Shown here: positions 1-6,362 of the stretch, piece after piece | How the letters are laid out: the number at the start of each line of letters is the position of its first letter | Position numbering within the stretch: position 1 is the first letter of the stretch | NCBI GenBank assembly: GCA_016213205.1 | Contig: JACRAZ010000064.1 | Coordinates: 1-32,000 of the forward strand | Reading direction: 5' to 3' | DNA: 32,000 nt | Origin: Burkholderiales bacterium | GTDB lineage: Bacteria; Pseudomonadota; Gammaproteobacteria; Burkholderiales; Burkholderiaceae_C | Translations under genes and position numbers: made by a program | The notes under the pieces: generated by a model | The model's input: only the letters and a program-made list of their open reading frames with translations | Database searches by the model: none | What the model was told of the DNA's origin: nothing

Positions 1-23
1 AGGTCACCCGCACGCGCTGCCGC

Positions 24-137
24 TGTCCGCCATCACGCTGAAACGCTGTCCGCGATCAGCGTGAAACGGTGTCCGCCTTGCCGTGAAATGCTGTCCGCGA
101 TCCCGTGAAATGGGTGTCCGCGATGGCGTGAAATACG
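24..137. repeat. Array of five contiguous direct repeats of 22-23 bp, with units starting at 24, 47, 70, 92 and 115. Consensus TGTCCGC-GATCn-CGTGAAA-yGn. No spacers.
   Basis: Read directly: tgtccgccatcacgctgaaacgc / tgtccgcgatcagcgtgaaacgg / tgtccgccttgccgtgaaatgc / tgtccgcgatcccgtgaaatggg / tgtccgcgatggcgtgaaatacg. A degenerate extra core TGTCgGCG follows at 143-150. The confidence refers to the existence of the repeats, not to their function. Candidate functions are transposase-binding end repeats, iterons or a regulator array. Confidence 0.9.
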
Positions 138-478
138 CACAATGTCGGCGCGTCGGGGGGGGGTTAACCCCAAATGCAGGACTTTGTGCTCGCATTTCGA
201 GCTGAGGCCGGCACTGCGGTGAGCACCGCCATTGCGGGCACCCGAAGTTCGCTGCCTGGGGAAATCTGCGTGCACGGTGCACGCAGAGGGCACGCGGCCG
301 GCGACCCGAGGCCGATCCTGTTTGGCGGTGCCGCTCAGCCGGACAAGGCCGGCCCCATCGATCCAGTTCCGTGTGCCTGGCCGCCTACCGCGCGCGCTGG
401 CGCCATGAGCCTCATCCAGTGCTGTCCCCGGCACGTTCACAGATGACGGGGGCAAGGAGCCAGCCCTTCCGAACATCA

Positions 479-495
479 CCCGCCAGTTCGGCGGG
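479..495 (-). terminator. Candidate weak intrinsic terminator downstream of the alcohol dehydrogenase gene
   Basis: On the minus strand, 15 nt after the stop codon at 510-512: CCCGCC-GAACU-GGCGGG (6-bp GC stem, 5-nt loop), followed by UGAUGUUC. The tail is only moderately U-rich. Confidence 0.3.
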
Positions 496-509
496 GCCAT
501 CGGCGTCCG

Positions 510-2681
510 TCACGACTTCAGCGACAGCAGTAGCTTGAGCGCCTGAGCCGCGATCGAGTAGAAGAAATCCTTGATCGCTTGCCACCAGCCGCCCTGATCC
601 TCGGCCAACTGGTCGTGGGCGCGCTTGTTGAGGTAGGCGCGGATCGCATCTGCATCGGCTTTGGTCAGCAGATGCCCGAAGCCAACCATTCCGGTTTCCT
701 TGTACACGCCTTCGAGCACGATCTTGTCAAAGGCGGTTTGGGTGGCAGGTGACATGTAGCGCAGATCAGGCAGCATGCTGCCGCTGATCGCCGTGGCTCC
801 GTGGCAGGCGGCGCAGAAGGTGTGGTACTGCTCGTAGCCCTTCTTCAGCGTGGCCTCGTTGGCGGTCTGTGGCTGGGGTGAGAGCTGCCGTGCCGGGCGC
901 TGGAAGGGCGGCAACTGCGCCGTGCCTCCCAGCTTGTAGACCAGCAGGCGGCCACCCGGCCCCTTCTGCGCGAACTGCGCCGCGCCGCCCGCGGCCAGCG
1001 CGAATGCGCCGCCCCAGCCGGCCATGACGGCGACGTACTGTTCGCCATCGACCTGGTAGGTGACCGGCGGCGCGATGATGCCGGTCTGGGTGGGTGTCTC
1101 CCAGAGGGGTGCGCCGCTGTCGGCGCGGTAGGCCGCCAAGCGCCCGTCGGCGGTGCCCTGGAACACCAGGTTGCCTGCGGTGGACAGCACGCCGCCGTTC
1201 CAGGGGCCGGTGTGCTGCACGCGCCAGACTTCCTTCTGCCGCACCGGATCCCAGGCGCTCAGGTGGCCTTTGGCGAGCAGCGCCGCGAGTTTGCGGTCGA
1301 GCACCTGCGGCATGCCTGAGGGCGGCATCGCGGCGACCAGATCAACGCCGGTGTTCCAGGCGTTGGGAACGTACTTGAAACTTTCCGGGTTCTTGTAGAG
1401 CAGCGGCAGGTCCAGCGCCGGGATGTACACCAGGCCCGCCTTGGGGTTGAAGGCCATCGGATGCCAGTTGTGGCCGCCGTAGGGCGAGGGGAAGGTGAGC
1501 TTTTCCTTCTTCCGGTACTGTTCGTCGGCGGTCTCCACCGGCCGGCCGGTGGCCGGGTCGATGTGCGTGGCCCAGTTGACCTTGACGTAGGGCTGCGCCG
1601 AGATGAACTTGCCCGTGGCACGGTCGAGCACGTAGAAAAAGCCGTTCTTGGGCGCCTGCATCAGCACTTTGCGCACTTGGCCGCCGATCGACAGGTCGGC
1701 CAGCATGATGTGCTGGGTGGCCGTGTAGTCCCAGGTCTCGCCGGGCGTGGTCTGGTAGTGCCAGACGTACTCCCCGCTGTCGGGCCTGAGCGCGACGATC
1801 GACGACAGGTAGAGGTTGTCGCCGCCGCCGGGGCTGCGGATGTCGCGGTTCCACGGCGAGCCGTTGCCCACACCAATGTAGAGCAGGTCGAGTTCGGCGT
1901 CGTAGGCCATCGAGTCCCAGACGGTGCCGCCGCCGCCGATCTTCCACCACTCCCCCTTCCAGGTCTGTGCCGCTTTGGTGAGGGCTGCCGAGGCCTGGGG
2001 CTTGGAAGGATCGCCCGGCACGGTATAGAAGCGCCACGCCTGCTGGCCGGTGGCCGCGTCGTAGGCGCTGACGTAGCCGCGCACTCCGAACTCGGCACCG
2101 CCGTTGCCGATCAGGACCTTGCCCTTGACCACGCGCGGTGCGCCGGTGATGGTGTAGGGCTTGTCGCGGTCGATCGTGTTGACCTCCCACGCCGGCTTGC
2201 CGCTGGCAGCGTCGAGCGCCACCAGACGCCCGTCGAGCGTGCCGACGAAGACCTTGCCCTGGTAGACCGCCACGCCGCGGTTAACCACGTCGCAGCAGGC
2301 CTTGACGCCCCAGGACTTGGGGACCTGCGGGTCGTACATCCAGAGCTGCTTGCCGGTGCGCGCATCGATCGCCCACACCACACTCCACGAACCGGTGGTG
2401 TAAATCACGCCATCGACGACGATGGGCGTGGCCTCCAGACCGCGCGTGGTGTTGGTGTCGAAGTACCAGGCCAGGCCGAGGTTCCTGACGTTGCCGTCGT
2501 TGATCTTGGTGAGCGTGCTGAAGCGCTGTTCGTCGTAGGTGCGGCCGTACGAGAGCCAGTTCTGCGGCTCCTTGTCGGCGTTTACGATGCGCGCGGTGTC
2601 GAGGGCCTGCTGGGCGCCTGCGCCAGCGGCGATGAAGGCGGATGAGGCCAAGGCCAGCGCGGGGGCGAGGATCGGTTTCAC
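510..2681 (-). CDS. Quinohemoprotein (type II) PQQ-dependent alcohol dehydrogenase with a C-terminal cytochrome c domain
   Basis: 723-aa ORF with a GTG start at 2681 and AAGGAGA 9 nt upstream.
- Signal peptide: [23 protein letters not shown].
- PQQ-ADH propeller hallmarks: vicinal Cys pair ([12 protein letters not shown]), repeated W-containing blades, catalytic region [14 protein letters not shown].
- C-terminal heme c motif FCAACHG with a downstream Met (ETGMVGFG).
- The length matches quinohemoprotein ADHs of Comamonas/Pseudomonas. Confidence 0.93.
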   Translation of the reverse strand: MKPILAPALALASSAFIAAGAGAQQALDTARIVNADKEPQNWLSYGRTYDEQRFSTLTKINDGNVRNLGLAWYFDTNTTRGLEATPIVVDGVIYTTGSWSVVWAIDARTGKQLWMYDPQVPKSWGVKACCDVVNRGVAVYQGKVFVGTLDGRLVALDAASGKPAWEVNTIDRDKPYTITGAPRVVKGKVLIGNGGAEFGVRGYVSAYDAATGQQAWRFYTVPGDPSKPQASAALTKAAQTWKGEWWKIGGGGTVWDSMAYDAELDLLYIGVGNGSPWNRDIRSPGGGDNLYLSSIVALRPDSGEYVWHYQTTPGETWDYTATQHIMLADLSIGGQVRKVLMQAPKNGFFYVLDRATGKFISAQPYVKVNWATHIDPATGRPVETADEQYRKKEKLTFPSPYGGHNWHPMAFNPKAGLVYIPALDLPLLYKNPESFKYVPNAWNTGVDLVAAMPPSGMPQVLDRKLAALLAKGHLSAWDPVRQKEVWRVQHTGPWNGGVLSTAGNLVFQGTADGRLAAYRADSGAPLWETPTQTGIIAPPVTYQVDGEQYVAVMAGWGGAFALAAGGAAQFAQKGPGGRLLVYKLGGTAQLPPFQRPARQLSPQPQTANEATLKKGYEQYHTFCAACHGATAISGSMLPDLRYMSPATQTAFDKIVLEGVYKETGMVGFGHLLTKADADAIRAYLNKRAHDQLAEDQGGWWQAIKDFFYSIAAQALKLLLSLKS

Positions 2682-2749
2682 GAGGGCTTGTCTCCTTCTG
2701 GGAATCGATGGGGTGGGGCGTCGGTCGGGCGGCCGGCTTCTTACCAGCC

Positions 2750-3337
2750 TCAGCGCGCCGCGGTCTTGTCGCGCGGGCGGGTCAGGCGCAGCAGCAGCCA
2801 GACGAAGGCGACCACGATCATCGGCACCGGCAGGTACTTCCAGTAGTTGCGCACGCCCACGCGGAACGGGAACACCGAGTGCTCGACCTTGCCGCTGGCC
2901 GGATCCCTGGCGCTGAGCACGCCCACGTACCAGCCAGCCTCGGTGAACCGGTGTTCCAGCGTGAGCGTCCCGCGCGGGTAGCTGCGCGCCGGCAACTCGG
3001 CCAGCAGATTCGAAGCTTGCCCGGCAGCATCGCCCAGATCAGCCAGCGTCGTCTTGGCACCGCGCCCCGAGGTCTCGCGCAGGATGCGGAACTCGACGCT
3101 GCGCTCGCGCAGCACCGGCTGGATGAAGTCCACCACGAAGACCGCGCGCCCGACCTCCGGAATGTCCTCGCAGAACTCCTGGCTCGAGCGGAAGTCCGGC
3201 TGGTAGCCGGCAAAGTGCGCTTGCGCCTCGCCGATGCGCAACACGCACTTGTCGTCCTCCATGGCCATGCCGCCGTGTGCGAGGGCAGCCCCGCAGGCCA
3301 GCGCCGCCAGCGGCGCAGCGATCCAGCGCGCGCTCAT
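2750..3337 (-). CDS. Secreted, C-terminally membrane-anchored protein of unknown function in the pmoD/amoD position. Possibly PmoD-like; homology not established.
   Basis: - The start at 3337 is chosen over 3469. The ATG overlaps the xmoB stop as ATGA (ttcggATGAgc), and a signal peptide follows immediately ([20 protein letters not shown]|HGGMAM).
- 195 aa, with a single C-terminal TM helix ([18 protein letters not shown]).
- The architecture (signal peptide + ~150-aa periplasmic domain + C-terminal TM) and the position after subunit B match PmoD/AmoD.
- I cannot align it to PmoD from memory. Confidence 0.6.
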   Translation of the reverse strand: MSARWIAAPLAALACGAALAHGGMAMEDDKCVLRIGEAQAHFAGYQPDFRSSQEFCEDIPEVGRAVFVVDFIQPVLRERSVEFRILRETSGRGAKTTLADLGDAAGQASNLLAELPARSYPRGTLTLEHRFTEAGWYVGVLSARDPASGKVEHSVFPFRVGVRNYWKYLPVPMIVVAFVWLLLRLTRPRDKTAAR

Positions 3338-4572
3338 CCGAACAGCGGAATCATCGGGCCGCTGATCTCCACCGCCCAGCGCTTTCCCTGCGCGTCGTAG
3401 AAGAACAGCATGCCGGCGATCACCGCGTCGGGCGAGGTAATCATCGTCGTCATGCGCTGCGTTTCCCACATCGCGTCGTCGGCGTAGATCACGATCTTGC
3501 GCGTCTGGCCGGGCGCGATGGTGGCGTCGCCGTCCACGCGCAGCGCGTCCGGTGCGACCAGATCGTCCGGGTCGCGCGGCTGGGCCTGGAGCACCTTGGC
3601 GTTGACGAAGCGCAGGTTGCCGCTGTTGAACTCGCCCACCGACACCGGGCTCTGGCCGTTGTTGGTGACGTTGAGCTCGATGCGGAAACTGCGGCCCGGA
3701 ATGCGGTAGCGCGCGTCATCCATGCGGACCGTCAGCGGCGAAGGCTCACGCTGCAACTGCGCGGTCTCGATCTTGCCGGTCTGCGGCGGCGTGTTGACCG
3801 GCCAGCGTTCCTGCGCCCAGAAGTAGCCTCCCAGCACCAGCAGCAGCGTGACGGTGAGCGTCAGCATCGCCGCCTTGCGGTCGCGCCCGGTGATCATCTC
3901 GTCGGCGCGGTCATTGCCCAGTTCGACGACGCGGCGGAAGCGGGGCAGCACCAGGGGCGCCTTGCTCAGCCAGTAGCCGAACCAGGCCAGGCCGATCATC
4001 GCCCACAGCGCCGACCATCCCGCAGCATTGGCCAGGCCGTAGCTCTCCAGGTCGATCTCCTGGCCCGTGAGCGTCTTCACGGTGTTGCTGAAGTTCGCCG
4101 CGCTGCCGCCAACTTCGACCCAGATGCCGGGGCCGATGATCGGGCCGGCATCCTTGACGTTGAGCAAGGGGTGGACGTGGTAGCGCCCGGGCGTGCGGGC
4201 CTTCAGTGTGATCACGAAGTCGTACTGCACGCCGGGCTTGAACGAACTGCTGCGGATGCCCGGCGTGCCGTTGATGCGGTTGTCCAGCCGCACAAAGGCC
4301 GGTCCAGGCACGCCGATGTTCAGGAACGCGGTCTGCTGCGCCGAGGGCACGTGCTCTGGCCAGGCATGCGACGGGACGAAGCTGCCCTTGACCACCAGGG
4401 TCTGCCCCACGTCGAGCCGGCGTGCTGACACATCGACATCGAACCAGTGCAGCGTGCGCATGCGAAGCACCGGCTGCTGCGCCTTTTCGCCATGGGCCCA
4501 GGCAGGGCTCGTGAACAGCGTCATGCTGGCCAACCAGCACAGTGCGATCATACGAAACGTTCTTGCGAGCAT
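3334..4572 (-). CDS. pmoB: Copper membrane monooxygenase subunit B (PmoB/AmoB family)
   Basis: 412 aa with the start at ATG 4572, 2 nt after the subunit A stop. The longer ORF to 5145 overlaps subunit A and is rejected.
- Signal peptide ...SPAWA, then HGEKAQQPVLRMRTLHW (compare M. capsulatus PmoB HGEKSQAAFMRMRTIHW).
- HxH copper motif: GRYHVHPLLNV.
- Conserved blocks: GPIIGPG and TLTGQEIDLE, two central TM helices, LLFFYDAQG and a C-terminal PMIPLFG. Confidence 0.96.
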   Translation of the reverse strand: MLARTFRMIALCWLASMTLFTSPAWAHGEKAQQPVLRMRTLHWFDVDVSARRLDVGQTLVVKGSFVPSHAWPEHVPSAQQTAFLNIGVPGPAFVRLDNRINGTPGIRSSSFKPGVQYDFVITLKARTPGRYHVHPLLNVKDAGPIIGPGIWVEVGGSAANFSNTVKTLTGQEIDLESYGLANAAGWSALWAMIGLAWFGYWLSKAPLVLPRFRRVVELGNDRADEMITGRDRKAAMLTLTVTLLLVLGGYFWAQERWPVNTPPQTGKIETAQLQREPSPLTVRMDDARYRIPGRSFRIELNVTNNGQSPVSVGEFNSGNLRFVNAKVLQAQPRDPDDLVAPDALRVDGDATIAPGQTRKIVIYADDAMWETQRMTTMITSPDAVIAGMLFFYDAQGKRWAVEISGPMIPLFG

Positions 4573-4574
4573 GT

Positions 4575-5327
4575 TCACACCGCCTTGCGAAGCCAACCCG
4601 CCTTGACGCCGAGCGAGCCGATCCAGACCCACAGCCAATAGGAAAGGATGGTCAGGAAGCCCGCGAACACCGCCGTCACCGGTGTGACTGCTTCGCCGAA
4701 TGTGCGCAGGGTGCTCCGCTCGATGATGCGCACGTACTCCGGCATCGCCGTGCGTACGTACTGGAAGCCCATGGTGTCGGCCACGGTCAGCAGCGTGCCG
4801 TGCAGTTCCACAGGCACCATGAAGGGCGCCAGGATCGGCCAGTTGAGCGGATAGATCAGCAGGCCCATCAGGAAGCCGCCGAACACCCCGGTGAAGAAGA
4901 AGCTTCGCGTCAGCAAGAGGATGCAGTCGATCATCAGCCCCAGTGCGATGTACGTCGATGGAAAAACCATGTTCATCGGGAAGTTCGCGAAGCCATGGAA
5001 GTTCAGGTAGCGGCTGAGCCAGGCCGCCCCGGTGAGCGCCAGGATGCTGAGCGTCGCCCCCACTGGAATGCGCAGCAGCCGCCAGAAGGCGTAGCCGAAC
5101 ACGCCTGACAAGGTCGACAGGGCCAGCGGCGTGACCAGAGGCCACCAGCGACGATCGCGCCAGTCGATCCAGTAGTCCCAGTCACCGACCAGCAGTGCGA
5201 ACTCGAAACTGAACACTGCGCCGAGCAGCAGGACAAACAGCGGGATGATGACCCAGTCGAGTTGGGCATCGACGCGCCGGGCCTCCGCGGGGGTCAGCGG
5301 CTGGTCGGGATGGGGGAGGGCGGTCAT
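4575..5327 (-). CDS. pmoA: Copper membrane monooxygenase subunit A (PmoA/AmoA family)
   Basis: 250 aa, with GGAGA 6 nt upstream of the ATG. Full-length resemblance to PmoA:
- GDWDYWIDWRDRRWWP (compare GDWDFWSDWKDRRLW)
- YPLNWPILAPFMVPVE
- YVRTAMPEYVRIIERSTLRTFG (compare [22 protein letters not shown]). Confidence 0.96.
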   Translation of the reverse strand: MTALPHPDQPLTPAEARRVDAQLDWVIIPLFVLLLGAVFSFEFALLVGDWDYWIDWRDRRWWPLVTPLALSTLSGVFGYAFWRLLRIPVGATLSILALTGAAWLSRYLNFHGFANFPMNMVFPSTYIALGLMIDCILLLTRSFFFTGVFGGFLMGLLIYPLNWPILAPFMVPVELHGTLLTVADTMGFQYVRTAMPEYVRIIERSTLRTFGEAVTPVTAVFAGFLTILSYWLWVWIGSLGVKAGWLRKAV

Positions 5328-5411
5328 GAGTTGTCTCCACCGCCTGCCGCATGGGCGGACGGTTCTTCGCGAGAGTCGCGGTGAGGGGGCCTTGCGTGCC
5401 CCCCGGTTCTT

Positions 5412-6206
5412 TCAGGCAGCCTGTGCGGCGCCTTGCGCGGGGCGCGTCAGTTCCATCACGCGCGTCGCGATCTGCGTCAGCAGACCACCGGCGGCGAACG
5501 ACGACCAGCCCAGCATGACGAAGCCCCAGTGGATCGGCGCGGCGAACAGTTCCTCGGCGTAGAAGAAGGTGTGGCCCCACTCGTTGAAGCCGAGGTTGGG
5601 CATGATCATGAACGCGCCCGCGACGATGATCGCGAAGGGCAGCGAGATGCGTCCGCCGAAGTACGGAATGCGCGTGTGCGCGTACGCGAACGAGATGAAT
5701 CCCCACATCACCAGCACCGGCACGCCGAAGTAAAACAGCCCGATGTGCGTGGGGGTGAAGTCGGTGTCGCGAATCGTCACTTGGTGCCACGCGGCATCGG
5801 ATTCCGTATAGATCGACCCGGTGATGTAGAAGATGGTGCCAAACACCAGCAGCATCGACGAAACCACGAACAGCCGTCGCAGTTCCTCGCGGCGCCCGAC
5901 GCGGCTGAAGTCGCGCTCACGCGTGCGCCAAAGCCACACCAGGACGCCAGTGCCGCCGCCGATGACCAGTACCAACTGCGTGTAGAGCAGACGCATCCAG
6001 TAGGCCTGGAACTCGCCGCTGAAGTAATCAAGCCCGTGCGTGAACGCCGTGGTCTCCTGGTAGATGCGGTAGACGAGAAAGACGAAGCACAGCGCCACCA
6101 GGCCTGCGAACACGCGCAGCCACGGCGCGCCGGTGCTCGCCTTGGATGTCGGTACCGCCATCCGCTGCATGCTGCCGGCGCCGGCCGGCCGGGGAATCGC
6201 GCTCAT
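5412..6206 (-). CDS. pmoC: Copper membrane monooxygenase subunit C (PmoC/AmoC family)
   Basis: 264 aa from ATG 6206. The start was chosen because AAGGAGAccgtATG gives a strong SD. The ORF extends to 6260 but has no SD there.
- FSGEFQAYWMRLLYTQ (compare FAPEFETYWMNFLYTE).
- WHQVTIRDTDFTPTH...AYAHTR carries the Asp/His/His ligand block.
- NEWGHTFFYAEELFAAPIHWGF carries the Asn/His/His block (compare [22 protein letters not shown]). Confidence 0.95.
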   Translation of the reverse strand: MSAIPRPAGAGSMQRMAVPTSKASTGAPWLRVFAGLVALCFVFLVYRIYQETTAFTHGLDYFSGEFQAYWMRLLYTQLVLVIGGGTGVLVWLWRTRERDFSRVGRREELRRLFVVSSMLLVFGTIFYITGSIYTESDAAWHQVTIRDTDFTPTHIGLFYFGVPVLVMWGFISFAYAHTRIPYFGGRISLPFAIIVAGAFMIMPNLGFNEWGHTFFYAEELFAAPIHWGFVMLGWSSFAAGGLLTQIATRVMELTRPAQGAAQAA

Positions 6207-6273
6207 ACGGTCTCCTTTCGATTGATATCTCATCGTCGCCCACACGGAAAGCATCTCCAACAGCTTGCCGTTT

Positions 6274-6288
6274 CAGTATCAAATACTG
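6274..6288. promoter_or_regulatory. AT-rich perfect inverted repeat CAGTAT-caa-ATACTG in the xmoC upstream region. Candidate operator.
   Basis: Read directly. It lies 68-82 bp upstream of the xmoC ATG, in the 156-bp gap between the LuxR-type regulator stop (6363) and xmoC. It stands out as AT-rich in GC-rich DNA. No convincing -35/-10 or -24/-12 promoter could be assigned. Confidence 0.35.
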
Positions 6289-6362
6289 CCAAATCGGCGT
6301 TCGCAATGCACCCAACTTTCGTTAGGTTGAATGCCCGAAAAGGGCTGGGGGTTACCCTGCCA

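Noticed and set aside
24-137. CRISPR array interpretation of the 23-bp repeats
   Set aside because: The repeats are directly contiguous with no spacers, are imperfect, and number only five. No cas genes are in the window.
155-171. G9 homopolymer followed by TTAA-CCCC (palindrome GGGGTTAACCCC), considered as a phase-variation tract or terminator
   Set aside because: It is intergenic and has no adjacent start codon or promoter that slippage could affect. The stem is only 4 bp with no loop, so it is not a credible terminator. It is noted only as part of the repeat-flank description.
4-500. ORFs 4..282 (-), 33..500 (-) and 174..446 (+) at the left edge
   Set aside because: - No recognisable domains and no SD sequences.
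- The Arg/Pro/Ala-rich composition is typical of random frames in GC-rich DNA.
- The two minus-strand ORFs simply read through the 23-bp repeat array, which gives a repetitive peptide.
1461-2645. 394-aa plus-strand ORF antisense to the alcohol dehydrogenase. The same applies to 3277..4428, 5433..6590, 6627..7541, 9125..10534, 11906..13312 and 13838..15052 on the plus strand.
   Set aside because: These are shadow ORFs opposite well-supported genes. Their composition is Arg/Ala/Gly/Pro-rich, with no motifs and no plausible starts. Long antisense ORFs are expected at this GC content.
4573-5145. N-terminal extension of the subunit B ORF (603-aa version, 3334..5145)
   Set aside because: The extension overlaps the entire 3' half of xmoA in another frame and has no PmoB similarity. 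The PmoB-like sequence begins with the signal peptide at ATG 4572.
3334-6206. Calling the operon a methane monooxygenase (pMMO) or ammonia monooxygenase outright
   Set aside because: Family membership is clear, but substrate cannot be read from the sequence. The neighbouring genes (quinohemoprotein ADH, ALDH, FadL-like channel, AlkS-like regulator) and the absence of MxaF/XoxF or HAO in the window point elsewhere. I therefore keep the generic CuMMO label.
6207-6362. Sigma-54 (-24/-12) promoter upstream of xmoC, suggested by TGGCAG motifs
   Set aside because: Both TGGCA occurrences on the coding strand lack a GC dinucleotide at the required 10-nt spacing. No enhancer-binding protein (NtrC-type) is encoded nearby. 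No promoter call was made.
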